A stretch of 64,000 bases of DNA from Octopus sinensis (Eukaryota): assembly GCF_006345805.1 (NCBI RefSeq), contig NC_043001.1:45632001-45696000 (forward strand), in the 5' to 3' direction. The notes under the pieces are model-generated. The model was not told where the DNA came from. It made no database searches and saw nothing but the letters and a program-made list of their open reading frames with translations. Both the position numbers and the translations under genes were made by a program. Positions 13,901-26,641 of this stretch are shown here, piece by piece. Each line of letters starts with the position of its first letter. Position 1 is the first letter of the stretch.

Positions 13901-15234
13901 GTGGCAGATGCTAAAATATCTAGCATAGTAAGACATACACTGGTCACCTGTATTACAATGATCCAAGTAGCACGGGGTTGTATCATCCCCAGTGACTAGC
14001 ATTGTAATACCATTGTTAACTGTTACCAATGTAAAGGAAATTCTGCAGGAAGGAGCAAATGCAGAGGCATCAAATGGATGAATTAAATTACAAAAGTAGC
14101 TGAAAGAGTTCACTGTTAATTGAGCAGAAAATATTAGATCAGATGCAATTCAAGTTATTACTTGGAAGAGAAATAACTGATGCCATCTTCTGACTGGAAC
14201 AACAGCTAAGAAGCTAAATTGTATGCTTGTAAAGTTTGTTATACTTTTGTGTATGTATACATACACACACACATATTCATCATCATCTTCATCATTTCAC
14301 ATCTGTTTTCCATTTCCATACTGGCATGAGTTGAACAGTTTGATGGGAGCTGGTAAGGCCAGGGGGTGCATCATGCTCCATTGTCTGTTCTGGCATGGTT
14401 TTTTTGGCTGGATGCTCTTCTTAATATCAACCACTTTACAGAGTGTATGGGGTGCTTTTTATGTGACACCAGTGCCAATGCTACAGATTCACTGTATTTT
14501 GTCATGGAGAAAATTTCTCCCTGTAGACAAATAGGTGTAAACACATCAAATCAGTTTGCAGTGCTCTCTAACCAGACTGGTGGATGCATGCATTTCAGTG
14601 TGGTTATCTTTTCTTCAAGCATATAATTGAGGAAACTACTGCAAGAAGTTAGTGACAAGTGACAACCCTATCAGCAAGAGACATGCAAGGAATTAATCGT
14701 TAAAATAATTGTGCTGTTTGAAATTGCTATTGATTTTATATCAGCAATGAGTTAAGCAGAAATCTTTGAGAGATAAAGGCTATACTTTGATTATCGTCAT
14801 CATCATTTGACATTCATATTACATGCTGGCATGGGTTGGATAGTATGATAGGATCCAATTCAAGGACCACATTGTGCTCCAATGTCTGCTTTGGCATGGG
14901 TTTTATAGCTGGATGCCCTTCCTAATGCCAACCACTTTTTACTAGCTAGTGAGGTTGCCATGCAGCTCACAAGACTACAAACCTTGAGGGATGGTTGGCT
15001 TTATGCTAAGAGATAAGGGGTTAAGGTATGAGAGGAGGGATAGGAGATTCTTGTAGAACTACATGGCTACTCACATTTAGAAGAGTGGGTGAGAATGATC
15101 AGTAGAAGCTGCAAAGAGATGAATAGCGGTGATGAGGTGTCAAAAAAAAATTCATCACATCTTTACCATTTGCAGTATAATAAAATAGGACACTTATGCT
15201 CCTAAATTACCAGTCAACTAAAAACAGGACCAAG

Positions 15235-15600
15235 ATTTAGTTTCCCCTTAGATGAATACACACATCACTAAACAAATACCGATATTTGAATATTAGTGTG
15301 CATAAAATTGATGGAACATTCTGGAACTTGGGCATGGTGAAGAATTCTGGACCTCTACATGTAAAACTGCTACTGCAACTGTTAGAGGAATTCAGAAACA
15401 AACTGGTGGTGGTTTGTGTAACTGGTGATGCAGCTATGATGATGAAATATGGAAGAGCATTGAATATGGTCACAAGTTTATATGTTATTGGTAATGAAAT
15501 CTATGTTTCATGCATCATCAATAAAATCAGAAAACTGGTGAGATTCTTTCACAAATCTTGCTTAAAAAATATCTTACATGGTTGTTCAATAGGAACATAG
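15235..15600 (+). mobile_element. Decayed hAT-superfamily transposase fragment
   Basis: FSFPLDEYTS..YRYLNISVH..FWNLGMV...VCVTGDAAMMMK...INKIRKLVRFFHKS resembles the hAT motifs DxWT, TDxAxxM and KVRKIVxxF. Confidence 0.72.
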
Positions 15601-15627
15601 CTTGATTTATGAAAATTAGATAGCCCC

Positions 15628-15718
15628 TATAGAATCAATAAATATATGAGTCTATACAATCAATAAATATATGGACAATTTTGACTATACAATCAATAAA
15701 TATATGGACAATTTTGAT
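15628..15718. repeat. Short tandem repeat, ~33-bp unit tatacaatcaataaatatatggacaattttgac, about 2.7 copies
   Basis: Seen directly. Confidence 0.85.
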
Positions 15719-16246
15719 CTCAGAAAGCAAGAAGTTATGCTTTGATGTAGAAAGTGTAAGTTGGTGTAGAAAAACCAGGTAGTTATTACAGCCAGGTAAT
15801 TGCTAATTCTTATGTATTTTTCAAATAAAGGAGTTTTCATTCTACTCATATTCAAAAACAGAGAGATATGTGATTTATTGATAGGGAAATGTCATCAGAC
15901 GTCACCATAGATCAATAATTTTTAGAAATGCAAATGTACATGCTCACAAGACAACACACACATATATAATGGGGTTTGTACATTTTCTGTCAACCAAATC
16001 CACTCATTGGTCAGCCCAGAGTTGTTGTGGAAAGCACTTGCCCAAGATTCTGCACAGTTGCACTGAACTTGAAACCATATGGTTGTAAAGCAAACTTCTT
16101 AACCACACAGCTATTCTTGTGCTTATACACACACACACTCTCTCTCTCTCCCTCTCTCTCTTGTATGCACACACACATATAACATATATGTATGTGTATG
16201 TATGTATATATATATAATGTAGATATGTATATATTGTCTTTTTCAG

Positions 16247-16375
16247 AAAATGTTGATAACATTTCCACAGACCAACCTCTAACAGAATTAATTGAAGAAT
16301 TCAACCAGTTAATGAAGACAGAAAATGGTCCTCATCAGAAAGTTGCTAACATCATCGCAGAGTTAGCCAAAATTG
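16247..16375 (+). CDS. RAP1GDS1: RAP1GDS1/SmgGDS internal exon (first one found in the window, 129 nt)
   Basis: tttcag|...AAA ATT G|gtaag; encodes KVANIIAELAK, compared with KVANIIAEVAK in human SmgGDS (recalled). Confidence 0.93.
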
Positions 16376-17287
16376 GTAAGTATAATTTCTGTCAAATCTT
16401 TATATAAGAAGCTCCCTGCAACCTGAATTCATCTCTCAGCTTTTTTTTCGATTTTTTGTTGTGTTTTGCTTTCTTTATAAAATCATTGCTCTTGCATTTG
16501 TGTCAAACCATCTCTTTTCCTCACTTCTGTAACTGAGGCTTTGTTGGTGCTAGTAAATCCTAAGTAAACCCTAATTGAGCTGTTTATCAAAAGTTTCTGT
16601 TGTGACCCTATTATCTTTTTGAAAGCATTTTGATACCAACCCACCTGAGAGCGCTCATGGCTCTATGATACAGAATACCACATTTAAAATGATCCAAATT
16701 AAAAACCTTATGTCAAAATTTCATGCTAATTATGTTCTAAACACCCATTTGATATTGATAGAGTTACTTAATTAAATTCTTCATTATTTTTTTAAATTAA
16801 CTAAGCAGAGTATTTCAACTGATACATAGAAAATGGGTTAATGTGTCCTTTCCATTTTTTAAGATGGTAGGGAGATCCTAAAACAAAGATTCCACGTAAA
16901 AAGCATTGGTGTGGGCGCTGGTGCCACATAAAAATCACTGGTGCTGGTGCCATGTAAAAAGTACAAAGTACACTGTATAAAGTGGCTGGTGTTAGGAAGG
17001 GCATCCAGCCATAGAAACCAAGCCTAAACAGACTATGGAACCTGGTGCAACCCCTGGCCAAGCTGTTGTCATGTTTCAGGGTATTTTTCAGGAGAACATA
17101 CTGGATTAGTTTCCTGGTATCTGCTCCCAGTCCAGTTGTACTTTTGCTACTTAATTTACCAATCCTAGAAGGAAGAAAGGTGAAGTCACCAACCTTGGCA
17201 AGATTTACACTCCGAACATAGAACTGTAACTAAGTACCACAAAACATTCTGTTGAATATTCTACCTTTCTTACCACTCAGGTACAAA

Positions 17288-17635
17288 CATGGCTGTGTAG
17301 TTAAGAAATTCACTTCCCAACCATATAGTTTCATGTTCAGTCTCACTGCATGGTACCTTGGATATGTGTTATGTATGTGTGTGTGTTTGTGTTTCCTTAT
17401 GTTGATATCATGTGATAGTTGTAAGCAAGCATTACCATCATGTAAGCAGTTTCATTTGTTTTAAATCTTTCATGGAAACATGTCTGACCAAGAGAAAGTA
17501 TTACCTTGCTTGGAAACAGGCAAGAGTTGGTGACAAAGAGATCATCCAGCCATTGAAAAATTTACTTCACTGAAATTTGTTTGACCCATGCAAGTATGGA
17601 AAAGTTAACATTAAATTGATGATAATGATGATGAA
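17288..17635 (+). mobile_element. SINE family A with RTE-derived 3' tail
   Basis: tRNA-like head, (TG)n middle, and tail ...catccagcc...gacccatgcaagtatggaaaag...gatgatg shared with the RTE 3' ends. Confidence 0.75.
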
Positions 17636-18630
17636 TAAAAAATTTCTTTCATAGGAACAACTCCAGGTATTTTAGCAAAGGGATTGGTTAATTAAACTGA
17701 CCCCATTACTTTGACTGCTGCTACTAATTTCATTGAGCTTAAAAGGATACAAGGCAAGGTTGACCATGCCAAAATGTGAACCCAGAATTTAGCATATAAA
17801 AAGATCTAACTGAATATTGCAATGCATTTCACTCACTGAACTCTGATTCTACTATCTATACTCTAATAACAATAATAGTGATTAAGATATACACAATAAA
17901 GTTGGCCAGTTCTTTCTGTTGCTTTGTTTGCCAAATAATGCACAGAAAGCAACAATTGATGAGATCCATCAAACCCATGCCCTAGGGAGAAACATGTTGG
18001 TGTGGTGGCAGTGTTGTTGTTGACAGCATATTTTGGAGAAGGAGTAGACTTGGTTAAATCAACCTCCCAACCTTTCATTGATATTTATCTTATCAATCCC
18101 AGAATCATGAAAAGTAAAGCTGACCTTTCTGGGTTTAACTAAATATTACAAGAGGTTTTGTTTGGGAATCTACTACCAATTCTGTCATCCACTATTTTAG
18201 ATAATAACAACAATAATAATAATAAGGAATGATGACCAATGTAATCCTGAATTAACAAGTATTGACTAAATGCCACATGTATAATATTACCAAATAGACA
18301 CTGAATCAAGTTACTTTGTATTTGTTGGATTATCCGGATACTTCCATCAACAAAACAGAATTCTTCTCAATTCTCAGTAAAAGATTTTAAACATTTTGTT
18401 TTTTTTTGTGTTTTGTTGTTGTAAGGTTTTGTTTGTTTTTTTTGTTTTTTTCTCACTTTTGAGTATACATAATCTTTTTATAAATTTTAACTTTTTGAAA
18501 CAAAAAATTAAATCATTTTCTTGTGTCTGTCTTAACTTTAATTACAAATCTCACTTTATACTAGCTATTAAGCATTTAACGTTTCTCTTTGATTTTTGTC
18601 ATTTGTTTGTTTTTTTTTTCTTTCTTAAAG

Positions 18631-18756
18631 AATCTTTACGGCAGCCATTTGTAGATGGTGATATGGTTCCAGTATTGGTGAAAATGCTACAGAGTTCAGA
18701 TACAAATAAAGCTGTTCAAGCTTGCAGAGCCCTAGGCAACATATGTTATGAAAACG
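18631..18756 (+). CDS. RAP1GDS1: RAP1GDS1 exon (126 nt)
   Basis: ttaaag|...G|gtaaag; ESLRQPFVDGDMVPVLVKML...QACRALGNICYEN (ARM repeat; human RALGNICYD). Confidence 0.96.
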
Positions 18757-19784
18757 GTAAAGTCCTTCTGAAATTTGTACTTCATTGTAATTCATTTATT
18801 CAATTTTTCAGTCATTCAACTAATTTATTTGGTCATTCAATTCATTTATCCATTTATTCCAACATTCATTCATCCCTTCCTCACCCATTCATGGATTTAA
18901 CCATTCATACATTCAGTTATTCATTAGTTTAGTCATCCAATAACCATTAATTTATTCCTATATCCATTCATTCATTCATTCATTCACTCATTTATCCATT
19001 CAGTTAAGCATTCATCCACCCATTTATTCATTCAGTCATTCTGAATATCTCTCAGATTGCATCCCACCATCTTAAAATGGATGGATGCATTTGATGAAGT
19101 AGTTCTAGATACATTATATCTCAATAAAAGAGGAGATATGTACAACTAGATCTCCTTTGATTGTAGGTCTGCTGAATCAAAGATGACCTGAGGATAAACA
19201 ACAACAGCAGCACTAACAACAATGACAGCAACAAAATAATAACAAAAAACACCAACCATAACACAATGATAAAGCAAAGGCTGCAGTCATAAAACCTTAT
19301 TTTATCATATTTAACACTTTAACCAACACAACTAACCTGCTTCTTGATGATGCAATTTCGTTTCAGTTTTCTGCAACATATAATTTTATTCCTAATAATA
19401 GTTTTTGAAATTGTTCAAACAGCTGATATCTCTTGCTCTCAATGTCTTCATATTTTAACTTGCCAGTCAAACTCAACTGCCGTTCAGAAAGGCATGGAAG
19501 GAAATTTAACAGGATTTATATACCAAGAATAAGTGTACAGGTGCAGACGTGGCTGTGTGGTTAAGAAGCTTGCTTTCCAAGCACATGGTTTCTGGTTCAG
19601 TGCCGCTGCATGGCACCTTGGGCATCTTCAACTACAGCCTTAGGCCAGCCAAAGCCTTGTGAGTAGATTTGATAGATGGAAACTGAAAGAAGCCCATCGT
19701 GTGTGTGTGTTTGTCCCCCACCACTGCTTCAGTGGTGGTGGTGGTGGTGGCGGCAGCGGCAGTTGATGTTGTTGTTGTTTGTTT

Positions 19785-20463
19785 TTTCTAAATTAGGCAC
19801 AAAGTTAGCAACTTTGGGGAGAGGAGGGTTAGTTGATACTATCAACCCGAGTTCTAGACTCATACTTTATTTTGTTCACCATGGTGGGATTTGAACTTAG
19901 GATGTAAAGAATCAGAGGAAATGCTGCTCGGAATTTTATCTGATGCACTAACTATTCTGCCAGCTCACCATCTTAATAATATTAATAATATAATCCACAT
20001 AACATAAGCTCAAGGACAAAATTTTCAAGAGAAAAATCAGTCACTTAAATCTACTTTGGTATTTCACTGATATTTTATGTTCCAATTCCTTGCTATCCAC
20101 TGCCCTTAATAAAAAATGAATAATAATTCTTTCTAATTTTGGCACAATGCCAGCAATTTTGAGGGAAAGGGCTAGTCGATCACATCAAGACCGATGCTTT
20201 ATTGGTGCTTATCAGTCCCAATGGAATGAAAGGTAAAGTTGACCTCAGTGGAATTTGAACTCAGAACATGAAACCAGAAAAAATGCTACCCACTAAGCAT
20301 TTTGTCTGAGGTGCTAACAATTCTGCCAGCTTGCTGCTTTAATGATAATAATAATGATGATGATGATGACGACGATGACCATCATCATCATCATTACAAT
20401 AGGCACAAGGCCTGAAATTTATTTTTGTTCATTCTGCTAATGATTCAGCCAGCTTGCCACCTT
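19785..20463 (-). mobile_element. Cluster of SINE family B copies
   Basis: Repeated gatgaaaggtaaagttgacctc..ggaatttgaactcagaac..attctgccagct, the reverse complement of the family B head and body. Confidence 0.8.
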
Positions 20464-20544
20464 AATAACAATAATGATACTAATAGTTTCTTAGTTTAAT
20501 AATAATGTTTTTCTTTTTTCTTCTTCTTTCTCTGCTTTTATCAG

Positions 20545-20691
20545 ACAATGCCCGAAATTGTGTAGATGCTACTGATGGGTTGACGTCTTTGCTGGACCTG
20601 ATGCGAGAGATCAACAACAACAAAGGTGGTGAGATAGGCAAACTCCGTACAGTGGCTTGCGGCCTCTTGCTCAACATCACCAACACTCACA
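20545..20691 (+). CDS. RAP1GDS1: RAP1GDS1 exon (147 nt; counterpart of the exon skipped in human SmgGDS-558)
   Basis: ttatcag|...CAC A|gtaagt; DNARNCVDATDG...KLRTVACGLLLNITNTH aligns by eye with human EGRSAVDQAGG...KLLTVFCGMLMNYSNEN. Confidence 0.94.
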
Positions 20692-22002
20692 GTAAGTCAA
20701 AATATCATAGATCTTAACGCTTCTTTCTATCACACCTTCTTTTTAGATCTGTGAATCATACCAAGTAGACAATCTATGGATTACATGTAGTAAACACAAG
20801 TTCTATACATCAGACTTAGTAAATAAAAAAATTATGGATTACATCTTACCATTTGGCCAACTATTTATGGTCCCAGGGCTAACCTGGGCTAAACAACAAT
20901 TAATGAAACCTTTTGCCTTTTACCTTCGTTTTCCTCAATTTTTCTTTCTCCTTTCTTCTCTCTCTTTTTCTCTTTCTCTTCTTTCTTCTATTAGTACCTT
21001 TCTCTTTCCCTTGCCTCTTCATCTTCTTTCTTTGCACTCTCTCCCTCTCATTCTTATTTATCCATCAATACTGTTTTTCTATATTTGCACCTTTCTTTCA
21101 TCTTTTCTGCCTTCACCCCTTTCTGTTTTTTTCCCCTGTTTTAATGGCTTAGTCAAAGGAGGAGGGAGAAGGGCTGCGCCCATAGCCCTTTGCGGTTACT
21201 TAAGACAGGAGATGGAAAGACAAAAAGAAACTATAACTCTTGTTTGTGGGACAGAAGTAAGAAACACCATGCTCAAATTGAATTATTCTCAGATCAAAGA
21301 CATTCTGAATGCTTCTAACAGAGTGGACTCTGCTAAAAGCTACCAAGGACTAGGTGGTGATGTCAAACTGGTCTTCTATCCAAGATCAAGTATAATCCAT
21401 CCAGTGGCCTTCCACACAGTTGCTGTCTACACAATTTCACTCACAAGGCTGACTCAAGACCCATGCAGTAGCATCAAACTTAGAACCATATGATTGCTCA
21501 GTGAACTTTTTAATCGTACCTGTTTCTTCTACTGTTCCTCCTCTTCCTCCTTTTTTGATTTTGTTTTTTCTTTTTAGTTTATTTTCTCTTACTTGCATTT
21601 GTTTTAATTTCTATGGATAGGAGACTTAATCCACCACTACCTGGCATCTTGAGTACTTTTATTGGAGTCCAGTTTGTTGCAAGTATTTAGACCAGATCTT
21701 TGGTTTGAGGATACCTTTCTCCCACTGGTGACTGAAGCCGTCTATGAAATCATAGACACTGCCTGTCTCTCCTGATTAAAAAATTAGAAAACATATTCTT
21801 TATTTGTTTTCTTATTTAATTATTTCTGAGATTTTTCTTTATTCCTTCTTCGTGTTTATCTTTTTCTTTTTTTCCTTCCATTCATATCTCTCCTACATTC
21901 ACTTCCTTTACTCCTGTATCAGTCATAATAAACAACTCTCCTAAAACTATCCGTTCTACTTTATTGTTAAATATTTCATTTTTTAATTTGTTTTATATTC
22001 AG

Positions 22003-22131
22003 ATTTGCTACAAAAGAAAGCACTTGAAAATGGTGCCTTGGATATATTACAAGATTATCTAAAAAACTACACAGATGAAGAAGGATTACCATATATGGTT
22101 CTGTTGGCACTTGATAGTTTAGCAGAAACAG
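22003..22131 (+). CDS. RAP1GDS1: RAP1GDS1 exon (129 nt)
   Basis: attcag|...ACA G|gtgagt; NLLQKKALENGALDILQDYL...MVLLALDSLAET, open in phase. Confidence 0.93.
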
Positions 22132-22713
22132 GTGAGTGACAATTTTTTCTTGAGTGGGAAGGAAGACATTAAATTTTCAGGTTCTTATTATTTAACTATA
22201 TAATTTTCTTATGTAATATACTATATCATCATCATCATTGTTTTCATGTCCCTTTTCCTTACAAACATGGGTTGGATAGGAATTTTGAGGCAGTGTTTTA
22301 TAACTTGATACCCTTCTTGATGCCATTTTGTTTAGTCATATATCATCATCATCATTAATGTCAGCTTTTCTATGCTCGCATGAATCAGACAGAATTTATT
22401 GAGGCAGATTTTCTATAGTCAGAGGCCCTTCCTGTTGCTAACCCTCACCTGTTTCTAAGTAAGGTAATATTTCCTCATAACTAGACATGTTTTCACAGAA
22501 GATTGGAAATGAAGATCACTGCTGATGGTAAGGTAATAAGACAGTAACACACACACGCACAAAAAAGGGTTGGGCTTCTTTCAGTTTCCATCTACCAAAT
22601 CTACTCACAAGCATTGGTCAGCTCAAGGCTATTGTAGAAGACACTTGCTCATGATCCTACACAGCTTAATGTGTAGGCTCCTACACATGAGCCTAAAACT
22701 ATGTGGTGGGGAA

Positions 22714-23013
22714 GCAAACTTCTTATCATACAGCCAATATGTTTATATGAATTTATGGTTCAAACATCATCAAGGGCTTTGTTCATCATCATCATAGTCC
22801 TTGATGATATCATCATCATCATGATATCATCAAGGATGATGATGATGATAATGATGAACAAAGCCTCTGATGATGTGTGAACCATAAATTCATATAAACA
22901 TATTGGCTAACCATAAATTCATATAAACATATTGGCTAACCATAAATTCATATAAACATATTGGCTAACCATAAATTCATATAAATATATTGGCTGTACG
23001 ATAAGAAGTTTGC
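22714..23013. repeat. Fold-back inverted duplication whose right arm carries 4 copies of a 29-bp unit
   Basis: gcaaacttcttatcatacagccaatatgtttatatgaatttatggttc... is mirrored by ...gaaccataaattcatataaacatattggct...gtacgataagaagtttgc; the unit repeats across 22880-22995. Confidence 0.92.
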
Positions 23014-23157
23014 ATTACATCATATATATGAAATCACTGGACAGTTCAGTATTTGCAACATAACTTGGTTACTAGACCAGTATATTGCAGGTCATATAAG
23101 CAAAATATACAGTATTCCTATTCTATAAACCAGGTACACATGGTTAATTCTATATAA

Positions 23158-23194
<37 letters not shown>

Positions 23195-23196
<2 letters not shown>

Positions 23197-23379
23197 CATA
23201 GGCGTGGCTGTGTGGTAAGAAGCTTGCTTCCCAACCACACAGTTCTGGGTTCAGTCTCACTGCATGGCACCTTGGGCAAATGTCTTCTACTATAGCCTTG
23301 GGCCAACTAAAGTCTTATGAATGGATTTGATTGACAGAAACTGAAAGAAGCTAGTCATATATATATATGTGTGTGTGTG

Positions 23380-23419
<40 letters not shown>

Positions 23420-23610
23420 TGTGTGTGTGTGACTGTGTTTGTCCTCCCCCCGTCACCAGTGTTGGTGTGTTTACTTCCCCATAATTTAGCGATTCAGCAA
23501 AAGAGACTGATAGAATAAGTACTAGGCTTTAAAAAAGTATGTCCTGGGGTCGATTTGTTTGACTTCAAGGTGGTGCTTCAGTATGGCTGAACAAGTAAAA
23601 GAATGAATGA
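23195..23610 (+). mobile_element. Full-length SINE family A (tRNA head, CORE-like caccttgggcaa segment, microsatellite middle, gtaaaaga tail)
   Basis: Close match to the copies at 33900-34285 and 44665-45045. Confidence 0.85.
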
Positions 23611-23847
23611 ATATCATCATCGTTTAACATCCGTTTTCCATGCTAACTGGGGTCTGGCAAGCCAGGAGGCTGCACTAGGAGGCTCCAATCTGATCTGACA
23701 ATGTTTCTATCCTTACTAAATTGTTTTAACTTGTAAAGAATAAAAAGTTTTGAATGGTACAACAATGCACTATAATACAAACAATGGGCTATATACCTGT
23801 TGTAATTTAGTCATCCATAGTCTGATATGATATTTCGGAATAATATG

Positions 23848-23962
23848 CCTTCTTCAGATATTCTTTGATGGAGTCATTGCTATAATCGGTTTTCCAATGG
23901 CTTTTAAAGCCATTGGAAAACTGATTATAGCAACGACTCCATCTAAGAATATCTGAAGAAGG
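23848..23962. repeat. Near-perfect palindrome (57-bp arms, 1-nt spacer, 3 mismatches)
   Basis: ccttcttcagatattctttgatggagtc...ccaatggcttt-t-aaagccattgg...gactccatctaagaatatctgaagaagg. Confidence 0.95.
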
Positions 23963-24596
23963 AATTTTATTCTTCATAAACAATACTACAATACTCTCCT
24001 TTAACTTGTAATTTTTTGATTGTCAGTCCTAATGTTCTGTCTCGGAGTTATTATCTCAAACTGATTTCTATTTTAGAGCTAGTATATATTGAGACAAATT
24101 AAAAATTTATAGAAAACTTATCTGTCATATCTAATGCAAAGGATTTGTAGCTAAGCACCAACACTTAAAATCGCCTCAAGACTTTACATTTATATAAATT
24201 TTTGATTCATACAGCATTCAGTGGCAAAAGCATGTTTGGGCTTCTTATCATGTCTTGACATACTGCACATTCTATGTAAACAAAACTGTATCTTAGCTAT
24301 ATTCTGGCTAAGGAATAATTATCTTGCCTGGAAACAGGTGAGAGTTGGCAATGGAAAGAGCATCCAACCATAGAAAATCTGCCTCAACAAATTCTGTTTG
24401 ACCCATGCAAACATGAAAAAGTGGACGTTAAAACCATCTTAATGTCAATGATGATGATTTGTTGTTTATGAATTTGTTTAATTCACAATACTTCTCCCCT
24501 TAAATCTGAGGCCTTGTGCCAATCTTAGGAAATGTTATACTGAAGTTAACATTTTAAAACCTTTTCCTGATAACGTATGATGTCTCCTATTTCTAG

Positions 24597-24722
24597 AATT
24601 TGGGCGTGAAAAAATTGCATCCTGTGGTGCTTATGAATCAGTATTAGATTTTATGCAGTCATCAAAAGGCAACAGTGCACAAGATGCAGTTCTGGACTTG
24701 TTGTGTAATTTAGCTGAGAATG
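24597..24722 (+). CDS. RAP1GDS1: RAP1GDS1 exon (126 nt)
   Basis: ttctag|...AAT G|gtaagt; EFGREKIASCG...DAVLDLLCNLAEN (human ...LAPLAEN). Confidence 0.94.
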
Positions 24723-25394
24723 GTAAGTTTTAATCTTTTCCTTTGATATTTACTCACCTCCTTCCCAAGTATTTTGAATCCTGAGCATTCAACTATTGTA
24801 ATTGTAATTAACACATGTTGGGGGAATGAGTAGTAGAAAAATGATTGCTATTATTATTGTTGCTTTGCTCCTAGTCAGATCTAGTTGAGCAAACCTGTGT
24901 TCATGGATATTTCTAATCAAGACCATTCTGTTTTCTTATATATTTCAGACAATATTGTTAATGTATCGTTTCCATTTTTTTTTTAAAGGCAGTAGAGATA
25001 TGTGATCAAAAGGAATTTGGCTGCTATTTCTAGTAGGCTGAGCAATCACTGAAGCTCCCTCGTTGATTTGATGAGAAATAGTGGAATACTTTTTTTTTAC
25101 AACATTCTGCTTCATTCTGAAATCAAATTTTGCTGGGATAGACATTTCCTGTCATTCCTGAAGTTTACTAAAATCAGTACCAGATTTGGGTTTACTTATT
25201 CAAATGTACCCATCATTTTCAAATTTTTAGCCTCATGATAATGTGGAAAATTGTTAATCATTAAGGTAAAAAATTTGGCAGAATTGGTTTAGTACCACAC
25301 ATGGATCAATGAAATTAGTATCCCATGAGTCAGTAAAAGAGCATCCATGAGGTTGATCAGCCTGTTAGAAATAGCAGCCAAATCTCTCTTAAAT

Positions 25395-26172
25395 GGATCA
25401 CAGACTGGCAACTGAAACTGGCTGTGGACAAGTGTACCACCATGCATTTTGGGAGAAAAAACCCTGCGTCCACATACTCCCTCCACAACACTGATATCAA
25501 GAAATCCTCTTGCGAGCGTGACCTAGGCATCACTGTCAGCAGTGATTTGCGTTGGACAAAGCATATCTCTAAAATTGTCAAGAAGGCCGAGGGTGTCTTG
25601 GCATCACTCAGCAAGACTTTTGTTAGCCGCTCTCCAGCCATCTATTTAAAACTGTATACAGCTATGGTACGACCACACTTGGAATTCGCATCATCAGTTT
25701 GGAACCCCTATCTTGCTCAGAACATTGACCTCCTGGAATCTGTCCAGAGACATGCAACCAGACGCATACCCTCCATCAGACACCTACCATATTCTGAGCG
25801 CCTTGTTTCCCTGGGCATGGATTCACTAAAGCTCCGGCGTCTGGCGACGGACTTGGTAAACACCCACAAAGTTATCAACCACCTCACCAACAACAACACT
25901 GAACACCTTTTTGATCTACATGTGTCTAACACACGTGGACATGCCTACAAAGTCAGAAAACAACACAGTTTCCATGACTTTCGGAAACATTTTTTCACGC
26001 TCAGAGTTGCTGAAGCATGGAATAAACTGCCTGTGTCAGTTGTTGACTGCCATGACACTGCATCCTTTAAGGCCCTCATGCTTTCCGAAATCCGCCGAAA
26101 CTACACCTGATTATATATACACTTTAGATGAGTTGTAGTGCGCCTGAGCACTGTATACAATTATTATATTAT
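25395..26172 (+). mobile_element. Young 5'-truncated CR1-clade LINE nested in an older repeat
   Basis: Uninterrupted 228-aa ORF with CR1 C-terminal motifs (ERDLG, LYTAMVRPHLEFASSVWNPY, LESVQR, YSERL); probable TSD ttaaat at 25389-25394 and 26173-26178; the host repeat resumes on both sides. Confidence 0.92.
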
Positions 26173-26641
26173 TTAAATCTCACCATACTATCTTTAAAAT
26201 AAGGAATGACACAGCATATGATGTAGTTCTAGACAGAGTATGTTTGAATAGAAAACTGAATGGTCATAGCTGGAATGACTTTCACCACAGATCTGCTTAA
26301 TCAGGTTTGACCTGATGAACAGCAACACAAACACCATAATTGCTATTAACTATACTAATAACACTACCATCATCACAAACCAACAAGAGAGCCCCGACTT
26401 AGTGATTCAATTCAATAGAATTAGCCAAACTTCCCTGAAGTCGCTCCCTACTATCCTAAAAAGGATAAGGACATATAAGATAATGTGGTCCTAGATACAC
26501 CATGTCTGAAAATAAGGTGAGATATGATGTGGCTAGAACATCTTAGATTGAAGGCATAACAAATAAGTACAGGCATACAGTTGGATTCATTCAACTCACT
26601 GTAGCTTTATTTTACAAAATTATGGTATTGAAATTAAATAA

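Noticed and set aside
1-16246. Search for the first RAP1GDS1 coding exons (N-terminal ~35-40 aa)
   Set aside because: No phase-compatible exon resembling the SmgGDS N-terminus was found by eye; these exons are probably upstream of the window.
20834-21493. 219-aa ORF
   Set aside because: Pyrimidine-rich low complexity plus repeat fragments; no recognisable domain.
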